Shown: positions 1 through 8,414, counted from the stretch's first letter. The stretch: DNA of 32,000 bases from Gemmata obscuriglobus (GCF_008065095.1 NZ_CP042911.1:3630001-3662000); one strand, 5' to 3'. Numbers and translations are program-made. The notes: a model not told the origin generated them from the sequence alone.

Positions 1-260
1 GGCTGCTGCCGCTGGTGGACCGGCGGGTGGTGGTGGTGCCGGACAACGACGAGGTCGGGCGGTCGCACGCGATGCGGTGCGTTGGGTGGCTGGTGTGCGG
101 GGGCGTCCGCTCGGTGCGGGTGCTGTGGCCGGGCGAGTGCGGCTACGACCCGGCCCCGGGCGGCGACATCTCCGACTGGCTGGCCGCTCAGGACCCGGAC
201 GGCGGCGGGGCGAAGGCGTCGCTGATCGAACTGTGCAAGCGGGCTCACGAGTACAAGTGA
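1..260 (+). CDS. Toprim-domain protein (primase-like), C-terminal fragment; 5' end outside window
   Basis: Frame is open from the window edge (phase of nt 3) to TGA 258-260. Translation ..RRVVVVPDNDEVGRSHA.. carries the acidic DxD Toprim signature. GC3-rich codons. Confidence 0.5.
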   Translation, partial: LLPLVDRRVVVVPDNDEVGRSHAMRCVGWLVCGGVRSVRVLWPGECGYDPAPGGDISDWLAAQDPDGGGAKASLIELCKRAHEYK

Positions 261-261
261 A

Positions 262-277
262 CTGGTCGCGCGACCAC
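262..277. repeat. GTGGTCGCGCGACCAC palindrome copy (15/16)
   Basis: ctggtcgcgcgaccac; intergenic, 25 nt before ATG 303. Confidence 0.9.
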
Positions 278-280
278 TTT

Positions 281-295
281 GGATACGGGGAGAAC
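281..295 (+). promoter_or_regulatory. shared 15-nt leader/SD block GGATACGGGGAGAAC
   Basis: Identical to 4166-4180; both lie between a palindrome and an ATG. Confidence 0.6.
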
Positions 296-302
296 GCCAC
301 CG

Positions 303-2561
303 ATGACGAGCGACTACGGCGAGTTTTTGCGGTCGAAGGTGCGGGCGGTCGAGCCGGCGGGGTTCGAGAACGGGCGGCTCCCGAAGGGCCTGTTCCCGCA
401 CCAGCGGGCGATCGTGAAGTGGGCGTGCCGGATGGGCCGCGGGGCGGTCTTCGCCGACACCGGGCTCGGCAAAACGCTGATGCTGCTCGCGTGGGCGGAT
501 CAGGTGTACCGCCGCACCGATCGGCCGGTGCTGGTGCTGACGCCGCTCGCAGTCGCTGAGCAGACGGCAGAAGAGGCGAAGAGATTTGGGATCGAAGGCG
601 TTTTCCGAACCGACTCGCCCGCCGGCTACGTCGATTACTCCCGGGTCGTGGTCACGAACTACCAGAAGCTGCACCGGTTCGACCCGTCCGCCTTCGGTGG
701 CGTTGTTCTGGATGAGAGTTCGATCCTCAAGAGCCACGACGGGGCGTACCGCAAGGCCCTGACGGAGGCGTTCGCGGCCACGCCGTACAAGCTGTGCTGC
801 ACCGCGACCCCGGCCCCGAACGACCACACCGAGATCGGCACCCACGCCGAGTTCTTGGGCGTGATGAGCCGGACGGAGATGCTCGCCACCTACTTCGTTC
901 ACGACTCGGGCGACACGTCGGAGTGGCGGCTGAAGGGGCACGCGGTCCGCGACTTCTGGCGGTGGGTCGCGTCGTGGGCGGTGCTGTGCCGGCGGCCGTC
1001 CGACCTGGGGTTCAGTGACGAGGGGTACGAACTGCCCCCGCTCCGCGTCCACGAGGTCGAGATCGAGACCGCCGCCCAGGCGGGCGTACTGTTCGCGACC
1101 GCGGAGACCACGCTCGCCGGCCAGCGGGCGGCCCGGAAGGAGTCGATGGATGGTCGCGCGACCACGTCCGCCCGGATCGCGAACGAGCCCGGCCCGTGCG
1201 TTGTGTGGGCGGAACTGAACGCCGAAGCCGACGCGGTTCAGGAACTGATTCCGGACGCGGTGCAGGTCGCGGGGGCGGACAAGGACGAGGACAAGCTGTC
1301 GCGGCTGAAGGGGTTCGCGGCTGGAACACACCGGGTGCTGGTCACCAAGACCACCGTGGCCGGGTTCGGGCTCAACTGGCAGCACTGCCGCCGCATGGTG
1401 TTCGTGGGGCTGTCGAACAGCTACGAGCAGTTCTATCAGGCGGTTCGGCGGTGCTGGCGGTTCGGCCAGACGGGGCCGGTGGACGTGTACCTGATCGGCA
1501 CGGCCCGCGACGCCGGGGTGTGGGCGAACATCGCCCGCAAGCAGCGGGACCACGAGGCGATGGTCGAGGGGATGCTACAGCACACCCGGGACGTGAACCG
1601 CGAACAACTGGGGGCGACCGTGAAGCAGACCGACGAGTACCGGACGGGCCGGACCGGGGGCAAGACCGACGCGTGGATGATCCACCTCGGGGACTGCGTG
1701 GAAACGCTCCGCGGGTTCGACCCGGAGTGCGTCGATTACAGCCTGTTCTCGCCCCCGTTCGCGTCGCTCTACACGTACAGCAACTCGCCGCGGGACATGG
1801 GCAACTGCGGCACCTACGCCGAGTTCGCGGCCCACTTCGGGTTCCTCGTGGCGGAACTGTACCGCGTGCTGAAGCCGGGGCGGCTGGTGTCCTTCCACTG
1901 CATGAACCTGCCGACCACGAAAGAGCACCACGGGTACATCGGGATCCAGGACTTCCGCGGCGACCTGATCCGGCAGTTCCAAGCCGCGGGGTTCATCTAC
2001 CACTCGGAGGTGTGCGTCTGGAAGGATCCGGTCACTGCGATGCAGCGGACGAAGGCCCTCGGGCTGCTCCACAAGCAGCTCAAAAAGGACTCGTGCATGT
2101 CGCGGCAGGGGATTCCGGACTTCGTCGTCACGGTGCGGAAGCCGGGCGTCAACCCGGCTCCGGTCAGCCACACGAACGACACGTTCCCGGTGGACCGGTG
2201 GCAACGGTACGCCTCCCCGGTGTGGATGGACATCGACCAGTCCGACACGCTGAACAACTACCGCGACGCCCGCCAGGAGCAGGACGAGCGGCACATCTGC
2301 CCGCTCCAGCTCGGCGTAATCGAGCGGTGCCTGGAGCTGTGGTCGCGCCCGGGCGACCTCGTTCTGTCCCCGTTCGCGGGCATCGGCAGCGAGGGGTACG
2401 TTGCTCTCAAGATGAAGCGGCGGTTCGTCGGGTGCGAGTTGAAGCCGTCGTACTTCGAGATCGCGACCGCGAACCTGCGGCGGGCCGAAGCAGAATCGTC
2501 ACAACCCACATTGTTCGACTGTCTGGGTGAGTCGGAAACTACCCCGGCCGATGCGGCGTAG
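303..2561 (+). CDS. SNF2-family helicase fused to an N6/N4 DNA methyltransferase
   Basis: ORF-track frame 279..2561. ATG 303 is preferred because the same GGATACGGGGAGAAC leader precedes ATG 4185. N-terminal half has helicase motifs ADTGLGKT (Walker A), VLDESS (motif II), CTATPAPN (motif III) and QAVRRCWRFGQ (motif VI). C-terminal half has FSPPF, a (D/S)PP(Y/F) catalytic motif, and SPFAGIGSEG, an FxGxG AdoMet motif. Confidence 0.85.
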   Translation: MTSDYGEFLRSKVRAVEPAGFENGRLPKGLFPHQRAIVKWACRMGRGAVFADTGLGKTLMLLAWADQVYRRTDRPVLVLTPLAVAEQTAEEAKRFGIEGVFRTDSPAGYVDYSRVVVTNYQKLHRFDPSAFGGVVLDESSILKSHDGAYRKALTEAFAATPYKLCCTATPAPNDHTEIGTHAEFLGVMSRTEMLATYFVHDSGDTSEWRLKGHAVRDFWRWVASWAVLCRRPSDLGFSDEGYELPPLRVHEVEIETAAQAGVLFATAETTLAGQRAARKESMDGRATTSARIANEPGPCVVWAELNAEADAVQELIPDAVQVAGADKDEDKLSRLKGFAAGTHRVLVTKTTVAGFGLNWQHCRRMVFVGLSNSYEQFYQAVRRCWRFGQTGPVDVYLIGTARDAGVWANIARKQRDHEAMVEGMLQHTRDVNREQLGATVKQTDEYRTGRTGGKTDAWMIHLGDCVETLRGFDPECVDYSLFSPPFASLYTYSNSPRDMGNCGTYAEFAAHFGFLVAELYRVLKPGRLVSFHCMNLPTTKEHHGYIGIQDFRGDLIRQFQAAGFIYHSEVCVWKDPVTAMQRTKALGLLHKQLKKDSCMSRQGIPDFVVTVRKPGVNPAPVSHTNDTFPVDRWQRYASPVWMDIDQSDTLNNYRDARQEQDERHICPLQLGVIERCLELWSRPGDLVLSPFAGIGSEGYVALKMKRRFVGCELKPSYFEIATANLRRAEAESSQPTLFDCLGESETTPADAA
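1150..1165. repeat. palindrome copy (15/16), in CDS
   Basis: atggtcgcgcgaccac; read as GRATT in the helicase-MTase. Confidence 0.9.
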
Positions 2562-2577
2562 TTGGTCGCGCGTCCAC
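2562..2577. repeat. palindrome copy (14/16)
   Basis: ttggtcgcgcgtccac; starts 1 nt after TAG 2559-2561, 15 nt before ATG 2593. Confidence 0.75.
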
Positions 2578-2592
2578 TAAGAGGATTTGCCC

Positions 2593-3042
2593 ATGCCCAT
2601 GTACCCGGTGCTGTTTGGAACGGTTGACGAGCGGGTCAAGCAGATCGAGTTGGAAGCCCAGATGGGGCGGATAACGGCCGCAGAGGCGGTCGAGTTGATG
2701 GCCCCGCTGGTTCGTGAGCGGGGCGTGGAGCTGATCGACCAAGTCGAGGATCTCGTTCAGAAGTACGCCGAAGACGGATGGGACGTTGAAGACCTGCTCG
2801 GCGTGATATTCCACATTGGGACCGTTCTGGAGTACACGGACGGTCCCGAAGCGGTAGCAGAGGTCACGCGGGAGATGGTCCGGGATTGCGGGTCGCACCC
2901 GGCCGACGAAGACGACCCGAAAACGACCGGCGACAAGAAAGACGCAGAGGAGACCCGCTACCGACGGCAGGTCGAATCGGAGTTGGCTCGAATCCGGAAG
3001 CAACCGCCCAAGAACGCCACATACAAGAAGAAACCCAAATGA
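2593..3042 (+). CDS. hypothetical acidic protein
   Basis: ORF-track frame 2587..3042. GAGGA at 2581-2585 lies 7 nt before ATG 2593. The stop overlaps the next start as ATGA. High GC3. Confidence 0.6.
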   Translation: MPMYPVLFGTVDERVKQIELEAQMGRITAAEAVELMAPLVRERGVELIDQVEDLVQKYAEDGWDVEDLLGVIFHIGTVLEYTDGPEAVAEVTREMVRDCGSHPADEDDPKTTGDKKDAEETRYRRQVESELARIRKQPPKNATYKKKPK

Positions 3043-4139
3043 ACCTGACCATCGACCGCGACACACTGGCCGGGCTGCTCCGCACGGCGGCCCCGGCCGT
3101 TCCTTCCCGCACCACCGCCCCCGTGTTGCGGTGCGTGAAGGTCACCACGTCGGACGGCTCCGTTTCAGTGTCCGCGACGAACACCGAACTGTTCGTGACC
3201 GGGCGCGCGACCGCCGAAACGGGCAAGCCCGGCTCGCTGTGCGTCCCGGCGGACGTGATCCAGTCGGCGGTGAAGCTGGCCCCGTCCGGGCCGGTCAGCA
3301 TCGTGTCCGGGGCACGGGCCGAGTTGAAGTACGCGGGCGGGAGCTACAAGCTCAACACCGAGGACGTGTCGAAGTTCCCGGAGTGGGTGCCGCCGGAATT
3401 GCAGGGCGTGTCGTTCGAGATCGACGCCCCGGCCCTCGTGCGGTGCCTCACTCGGGTGGCGTTCTGCTGCTCCGAGCGGGTCGAATCGTTCACCACGTCG
3501 GGTGTGTGGCTGGAGGTTGCGAACGGCGAGTTCAACGCGGTCGCGACGGACTCCATCCGGCTCGGGATCGCGACAGCCAAGGTGGCCGACGGGGTGCAGG
3601 CGTCGGCACTCGTCCCGGCCCCGACCGTCCAGGCGGTGAAAGCGGCGTTCTCCGGCCGGACCGGTCCCGTCACGGTGACCGTCTGGGGCTCGACGGTGCG
3701 GTTCGCGGACGACTCGCTCAGCATCGCGTCCCCGCTCCTCACCGGCAAGTTCGCCCCCTGGCGGATGCTGGAGCAGAAGGTGAAGCCGCACGGGACGACG
3801 TTCGTGGACGACCCATCAGCCCTGTTGCGGGCGGTCCGCCGCGCCACGGTGACGGCCGACGCTGCGGACACGGCGGTGGTGCTGACCGGCGAGGGGCCGA
3901 CGCTCACGCTGAAGGCCGCCGGGGCGGTCGGCGAGGGCGAGGTCGAGCACGTGTGCAAGTCGCAAAGCGGGGTCGCGTCGGCGGTGACGACCAAGATGGA
4001 CCCGAAGAACCTGACGGACGCACTGGCCCTTGCCGCAAGCGACGGCGTTGAATCGATCACGTTCGCGTTCGAGGCGAGGAAGGCGGCGTGGGTGGAGTGC
4101 GACGGCTGGAAGTACGCCTCCATGCCGATCGTAAAGTAA
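3039..4139 (+). CDS. dnaN: DNA polymerase III beta sliding clamp
   Basis: In-frame ATG 3039 within ORF 2886..4139 (ATGA overlap with the upstream stop). 366 aa. N-terminus MNLTIDRDTLAGLL..APVLRCVKV..VSATNTEL is typical of beta clamps. Confidence 0.8.
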   Translation: MNLTIDRDTLAGLLRTAAPAVPSRTTAPVLRCVKVTTSDGSVSVSATNTELFVTGRATAETGKPGSLCVPADVIQSAVKLAPSGPVSIVSGARAELKYAGGSYKLNTEDVSKFPEWVPPELQGVSFEIDAPALVRCLTRVAFCCSERVESFTTSGVWLEVANGEFNAVATDSIRLGIATAKVADGVQASALVPAPTVQAVKAAFSGRTGPVTVTVWGSTVRFADDSLSIASPLLTGKFAPWRMLEQKVKPHGTTFVDDPSALLRAVRRATVTADAADTAVVLTGEGPTLTLKAAGAVGEGEVEHVCKSQSGVASAVTTKMDPKNLTDALALAASDGVESITFAFEARKAAWVECDGWKYASMPIVK

Positions 4140-4143
4140 GCGA

Positions 4144-4159
4144 GTGGTCGCGCGACCAC
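4144..4159. repeat. palindrome copy (16/16)
   Basis: Intergenic, 25 nt before ATG 4185. Confidence 0.95.
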
Positions 4160-4165
4160 TTCGAA

Positions 4166-4180
4166 GGATACGGGGAGAAC
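4166..4180 (+). promoter_or_regulatory. shared 15-nt leader/SD block GGATACGGGGAGAAC
   Basis: Identical to 281-295. Confidence 0.6.
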
Positions 4181-4184
4181 ACCA

Positions 4185-5171
4185 ATGAAGACGGTGCTGT
4201 CACTCGGGGCGGGCGTTCAGTCCTCGACGCTCCTGCTGCTCGCGTGCCGGGGCGAACTCCCGAAGCCGGACCACGTCGTCTTCAGCGACACGCAGTTCGA
4301 GCCGCCGGAGGTGTACGCCCACCTTGAATGGCTGAAAGACGAAGCGGCCAAGGCGGGAATTACGATCGACACGGTTACAGTCGGCAGCATTAAGCGGGAC
4401 GCAATCGACTTCGCACGTCGCCGCGGACGCGGCGACGTGTCGAGGTACGCCTCGATCCCGTTCTACGTCGCGAATAACGACGGCACTCAGGGGATGATGC
4501 CGCGGCAATGCACCAAGGAGTACAAGCTCGAGGCGATCGACAAGTACCACCGCCGCACCGTCCTGGGGCTCAAACCCGGACAGCGGGCTCCTAAGGAGCC
4601 CGCTGTCCGGGTGCTGATCGGGATCAGCGACGACGAGCGGCACCGGGCCAAGCCCCCCGGCTGGTGGGCCAGTGAGCAGGAGGAAATCGGCGAGAACCTG
4701 TTCGGCGGCGCGATGGTGCGGAAGCGGAAGGTTTGGAAACCAGTTCACTGGCAGGTGAGGGCGTACCCGCTGCTGAATGTGGAGATGTGGCCGGACCAGT
4801 CGGTTACGGATTGGGACGTGATCGGCGGCATCTGGACGCGGGCCGACTGCGTGAAGTGGCTCGAGAAGAACTTTCCGGGTCGCAAGGTGCCGAAGTCGGC
4901 GTGCATCTGCTGCCCGTACCGGTCGGACGCCGAGTGGATTCACATGCGGGAAACGGACCCGGAAACGTTCGCCGAAGCGGTGTCATTCGATCACGAGATC
5001 CGCGAGGCGTACCGCGACGGGCAGGCCCGTCGCGGGTTCTTGGCTGGCGTTCCTTACACGCACCGCACGATGGTTCCGCTCGAGGTTGTGGAGTTCGACC
5101 CGAACCGCACGAAGCGTAAGGGGTGCGGGGCGTTGTGGGATGAGGAGCCGGACGGCATGTGCGGCTTATGA
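4185..5171 (+). CDS. PAPS-reductase / PP-loop ATPase family protein (DndC-like), possible DNA-modification enzyme
   Basis: N-terminus MKTVLSLGAGVQSST resembles the degenerate SGGxDS PP-loop of phage PAPS-reductase-like proteins. C-terminal Cys cluster SACICCPY. SD-like GGGGAG lies in the conserved leader. Confidence 0.55.
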   Translation: MKTVLSLGAGVQSSTLLLLACRGELPKPDHVVFSDTQFEPPEVYAHLEWLKDEAAKAGITIDTVTVGSIKRDAIDFARRRGRGDVSRYASIPFYVANNDGTQGMMPRQCTKEYKLEAIDKYHRRTVLGLKPGQRAPKEPAVRVLIGISDDERHRAKPPGWWASEQEEIGENLFGGAMVRKRKVWKPVHWQVRAYPLLNVEMWPDQSVTDWDVIGGIWTRADCVKWLEKNFPGRKVPKSACICCPYRSDAEWIHMRETDPETFAEAVSFDHEIREAYRDGQARRGFLAGVPYTHRTMVPLEVVEFDPNRTKRKGCGALWDEEPDGMCGL

Positions 5172-5187
5172 GTGGTCGCGCGACCAC
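5172..5187. repeat. palindrome copy (16/16; 20-bp palindrome 5170-5189)
   Basis: Immediately after TGA 5169-5171, 22 nt before GTG 5210. Confidence 0.95.
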
Positions 5188-5209
5188 TCACTTACGACGG
5201 GAGCAAGCT

Positions 5210-5557
5210 GTGGAAGTGTGGGCGGCGGTGCTGTCGGCCCTCGTGCAGTCGCGGGGGCACCCGAGGCCGGAACGCGAGTACCGGTTCCATTCGGACCGGA
5301 TGTGGCGGTTCGACCTCGCGTGGCCGGCGCTGAAGGTCGCGTTCGAGCGGGAAGGGCTCGCGACCAAGGGCGGGAAGTCGCGGCACACGACCAACGCCGG
5401 GTACGCGGGCGACATCGAGAAGTACAACGCGGCGGCACTCGCCGGGTGGGTCGTGATCCGCGGCACGACGCGGATGATCGAGAGCGGCGAGGCGGGGAAC
5501 GATCTGCTGACGGCACTCGAACTGGCGAGTGGTCGCGCGACCACTTTGGGGGAATGA
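5210..5557 (+). CDS. Vsr/DUF559-like PD-(D/E)xK endonuclease-fold protein
   Basis: Frame of ORF 5159..5557. GTG 5210 follows ACGGGAG by 7 nt; the alternative start is ATG 5168 (ATGA overlap). Motifs REYRFH..RFDLAWP..VAFEREG..GWVVIRG resemble DUF559/Vsr-type nucleases. Confidence 0.5.
   Translation: MEVWAAVLSALVQSRGHPRPEREYRFHSDRMWRFDLAWPALKVAFEREGLATKGGKSRHTTNAGYAGDIEKYNAAALAGWVVIRGTTRMIESGEAGNDLLTALELASGRATTLGE
5529..5544. repeat. palindrome copy (16/16)
   Basis: In the last codons of the nuclease gene (GRATT), 16 nt before ATG 5561. Confidence 0.95.
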
Positions 5558-5560
5558 CCG

Positions 5561-6124
5561 ATGGCGGCGGTAGCAGCGGAGAGCGACGCCGATCTGTGTG
5601 CGGCGGTGTCGGCGGGCCGGGCGGCGGCGGACGCCCTCCTCAAGCGGCACGAGAAGCTGATCTGGTCGTGCGTCCACCGGCTCCAGTTGCCGGACTGGGT
5701 GGACCGCGACGACATCTTCCAGGCCGGTCAGGTGGCCTTGGCCCACGCGGCGACGAAGTGGACCGAGGGGGCCGGGGCCAAGTTCACGACTTACGCCCGC
5801 ACCGCGATCTGGAACGCGGTGGTGAACGAGTCCCGGAAGCAGCAGAAGAAGGCCACGAGCTTCGACGACCGGCCCAACGACCCGGACGGCTCGGACCTGC
5901 TTAACACCCTTGCCGCACCCGAACCCACCGACCCGCCGGAGTGGCTGGTGAAGGGCATCGGGCGGTTGTCGCCCGTCCTGCGGCGGGTCGTCGTGCTGCA
6001 CTTCGGGCTGGAAGGGGAGCCGCGGACGTGGGGCGAGATCGCGTCGGCCACCGGCATGACGGTCGCAGTGGCGAAGCGAGCACTGGAACTGGCACTGGCT
6101 CAACTCACCCCGCAGACCGTGTGA
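5561..6124 (+). CDS. sigma-70 family (group 4/ECF-like) RNA polymerase sigma factor
   Basis: Region-2-like DDIFQAGQVALAHAATKW..FTTYARTAIWNAVVNESRK and region-4 HTH-like LSPVLRRVVVLHFGLEGEPRTWGEIASATGMTVAVAKRAL. Confidence 0.75.
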   Translation: MAAVAAESDADLCAAVSAGRAAADALLKRHEKLIWSCVHRLQLPDWVDRDDIFQAGQVALAHAATKWTEGAGAKFTTYARTAIWNAVVNESRKQQKKATSFDDRPNDPDGSDLLNTLAAPEPTDPPEWLVKGIGRLSPVLRRVVVLHFGLEGEPRTWGEIASATGMTVAVAKRALELALAQLTPQTV

Positions 6125-6127
6125 GAG

Positions 6128-6143
6128 GTGGTCGCGCGACCAC
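6128..6143. repeat. palindrome copy (16/16; 22-bp palindrome 6125-6146)
   Basis: Between the convergent stops of the sigma gene and the minus-strand minigene. Confidence 0.95.
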
Positions 6144-6144
6144 C

Positions 6145-6324
6145 TCACTTGATGTTGTCGATCGCCCCGAGAATCTTGTCGATCGCGACCGCCCATTTGT
6201 ACTGATCGATCATCGGGTCTTGGGCGGTTTTCATCTCCGTTGCCGTCAGGTCCATCCGCAGAACCAACTCCCGCAGCACCCGGTACGCCTCGTCCTTCGA
6301 CACCGCGGTCAGCTCGCACTTCAT
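6145..6324 (-). CDS. hypothetical 59-aa protein; reverse-oriented minigene between two palindrome copies
   Basis: Not in the ORF track (under 60 aa). Minus-strand ATG at 6324 is preceded by GGGAGG. Translation MKCELTAVSKDEAYRVLRELVLRMDLTATEMKTAQDPMIDQYKWAVAIDKILGAIDNIK, stop at 6145-6147. GC3-rich codons. Confidence 0.55.
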   Translation of the reverse strand: MKCELTAVSKDEAYRVLRELVLRMDLTATEMKTAQDPMIDQYKWAVAIDKILGAIDNIK

Positions 6325-6342
6325 CTCTCGGCCCTCCCGCGA

Positions 6343-6358
6343 GTGGTCGCGCGACCAC
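6343..6358. repeat. palindrome copy (16/16)
   Basis: 18 nt upstream of minus-strand ATG 6324; 12 nt before the TACCATAA box. Confidence 0.95.
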
Positions 6359-6370
6359 TTCTGATCGGCC

Positions 6371-6378
6371 TACCATAA
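6371..6378 (+). promoter_or_regulatory. CGGCC-TACCATAA box (putative -10-type promoter element)
   Basis: cggccTACCATAA, 12 nt after a palindrome, upstream of the terminase genes. Confidence 0.4.
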
Positions 6379-6422
6379 CAGAGGGAACCGGTCTCACAAT
6401 CAGCGTTGCGGAAATCCGAAAC

Positions 6423-6851
6423 ATGGGAGCGAACGCACCGCCGAACCCGGACGACGGCGGCAACATGCGGCGTACCAAGATCAGCGATCAGAAGATCGCT
6501 GCGGTGGCTGCGTTGATCGTTCAGGGGAACTTTCGGTATGTCGCGGGCAAGGCGGTCGGTGTGCCGCCCCGGACGTTCCGAGACTGGATGAAGCGGGGCA
6601 AAGAGTACCCGGACGGACTTTACGGTCAGTTCCGGATTGCTGTCATTGCCGCCGAAGCTGAGGCCGAGCGTAAGGCCGTAGCTGCCGTGATTGCCGCCGG
6701 CCAGGACGACGCCAAACACCTCGAATGGTGGCTCGAGCGGAAGTTCCCGGAACGCTGGGGGAAGTTTCGCGGGGAGTTGAACGACCTGAAGCGTGAGATT
6801 GCGGAACTGAAGAGGCAGATCGGTGAGACTCAACCTTCGGAAACTCCGTGA
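6423..6851 (+). CDS. terminase small subunit-like HTH protein
   Basis: In-frame ATG 6423 (alternative 6465) within ORF 6240..6851. HTH-like GKAVGVPPRTFRDWMKRG and WWLERKFPERWG, typical of small terminase families. Lies directly upstream of the large terminase and overlaps it. Confidence 0.55.
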   Translation: MGANAPPNPDDGGNMRRTKISDQKIAAVAALIVQGNFRYVAGKAVGVPPRTFRDWMKRGKEYPDGLYGQFRIAVIAAEAEAERKAVAAVIAAGQDDAKHLEWWLERKFPERWGKFRGELNDLKREIAELKRQIGETQPSETP

Positions 6852-8382
6852 GCAGGTCGAGTCGCTGAAGCGGCAGGTGGCCTCAAAGGGGTGGATTGAT
6901 TACGCCAAGTACCGAACCGACCCGGCCGGGTACGCCCGCGACATCTTGAAGGTAAAGTGGTGGGCGAAGCAGGTCGAGATCGCCGAAGCGCTGTGCAAGC
7001 CGCCGTACCGCGTTCTGGTCAAGGCGTCTCACTCCGTCGGAAAGTCACACCTCGCGGGCGGTCTGGTCAACTGGTGGTACGACACCCGGTTCCCGGGCGT
7101 GTGTCTTACGACCGCCCCGACCGATCGGCAGGTCAAGGACGTGCTGTGGAAAGAAGTGCGGCGGCAACGGCGGAAGCGGCCCGGGTTCGTGGGGCCGAAG
7201 ATGCCCCGGTTGGAATCCGACCCCACGCACTTCGCCCACGGGTTCACGGCACGGGATGCTACGAGCTTCCAGGGCCAGCACGAGGCGTCCATCCTGCTCA
7301 TTTTTGATGAAGCGGTCGGGATCGACGGCGATTTTTGGGAGGCCGCCGAGTCGATGTGCCAGGGTGCCGAGTACGGGTGGCTCGCGATCTTCAACCCGAC
7401 CGACACCACCTCGCGGGCGTACCTCGAAGAGCAGGCCGGTTCCCGGTGGACAGTGATCGACATTCCCGCGACCGAGCACCCGAACATCGCGGCCGAACTG
7501 GTCGCGCGACCACCCGAGTACCCGTCGGCGGTCCGACTCAACTGGCTCCGTGATCGGCTGGAGCAGTGGGCCGAGCGGATCGAACCGGGGGACGCGACCC
7601 CGACCGACATCCAATTCCCGAACCCCGACGGCTCGCCGCAGTGGTGGCGACCGGGGCCGTTGGCGGACGCCCGACTGCTCGCCCGGTGGCCGGCGAGCGG
7701 GTGCGGCGTGTGGTCCGATCCTGTGTGGCGTTCCGTCGAGCGTGCCGCCCCAGATCCGGTTCCCGAGCGGTGGTTACCACAAATCGGGTGCGATGTGGCC
7801 CGGTTCGGCGAGGACTGGACCGAATTGCACGTCCGGTGCGGCAACGTCAGTCTGCACCACGAGGCTCACAACGGCTGGGACACCAAGCGGACGACCGAGC
7901 GGCTGAAACAGATGTGCGGCGAGTGGGCACAGTGGGCGACGCAGCTTCGTGATCGCGGTGCAGATCCGATTGACCCGCGACGGATCCCGGTGAAGGTTGA
8001 CGACGACGGAGTAGGCGGCGGCGTCACGGACCAGCGAGGTGGGTTCAACTTTCAGGCCGTGTCGTCCGCCTCGAACGCCAACGACAAAGAGGCGTACCCG
8101 AACCGCCGGAGCGAGTTGTGGTTCACAGTCGCCGACCGGGCCAAACGGGGCGAACTGTTCTTGTCGAACCTACCCGCCCACGTCCGGCAGGAACTGAAGC
8201 GGCAGGCGATGGCCCCGACCTACAAACTGGACGCGGCCGGTCGTCGTGTGGTCGAGCCAAAAGAAGACACGAAAGAACGGATCGGTCGCTCGCCAGACGG
8301 AATGGACGCGGTGAACCTCGCGTACTACGAGCCGAGCGGCCGGGGCGGGGCGGTGGCGGTCGAAGGGTCACGCGGTCGGTGA
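6823..8382 (+). CDS. terL: terminase large subunit
   Basis: GTG 6823 lies 7 nt after AAGAGG. Walker A-like KASHSVGKSH, Walker B-like ILLIFDEA, and RNaseH-like nuclease motif IGCDVARFGEDWTEL. 519 aa. Confidence 0.8.
   Translation: MRLNLRKLREQVESLKRQVASKGWIDYAKYRTDPAGYARDILKVKWWAKQVEIAEALCKPPYRVLVKASHSVGKSHLAGGLVNWWYDTRFPGVCLTTAPTDRQVKDVLWKEVRRQRRKRPGFVGPKMPRLESDPTHFAHGFTARDATSFQGQHEASILLIFDEAVGIDGDFWEAAESMCQGAEYGWLAIFNPTDTTSRAYLEEQAGSRWTVIDIPATEHPNIAAELVARPPEYPSAVRLNWLRDRLEQWAERIEPGDATPTDIQFPNPDGSPQWWRPGPLADARLLARWPASGCGVWSDPVWRSVERAAPDPVPERWLPQIGCDVARFGEDWTELHVRCGNVSLHHEAHNGWDTKRTTERLKQMCGEWAQWATQLRDRGADPIDPRRIPVKVDDDGVGGGVTDQRGGFNFQAVSSASNANDKEAYPNRRSELWFTVADRAKRGELFLSNLPAHVRQELKRQAMAPTYKLDAAGRRVVEPKEDTKERIGRSPDGMDAVNLAYYEPSGRGGAVAVEGSRGR
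7498..7513. repeat. palindrome copy (15/16), in CDS
   Basis: ctggtcgcgcgaccac; read as LVARPP in terL. Confidence 0.9.
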
Positions 8383-8383
8383 A

Positions 8384-8399
8384 GTGGTCGCGCGACCAC
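8384..8399. repeat. palindrome copy (16/16)
   Basis: 1 nt after TGA 8380-8382, 15 nt before ATG 8415. Confidence 0.95.
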
Positions 8400-8414
8400 C
8401 ATTGAGGGCACACG

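Noticed and set aside
3209-3224. Additional weak palindrome-like sites: ccgggcgcgcgaccgc in dnaN (12/16); half-sites at 27779-27786, about 20811 and about 21289; GGTCGCG fragments at about 14812 and about 15093.
   Set aside because: Too degenerate to separate from ordinary GC-rich coding sequence, so they are not counted among the 39 copies.
7177-7189. Spacer 1 (24578-24612) shares CGGCCCGG.TTCG with terL; weak peptide-level resemblances of spacers 3 and 5 to the tape-measure-like gene (EAI..SP) and the virion gene (GSN....ER).
   Set aside because: The spacer 1 match breaks down after about 13 nt. Nucleotide identity for spacers 3 and 5 is near random expectation for this GC content. I found no convincing in-window match for spacers 1, 3, 5 or 7.
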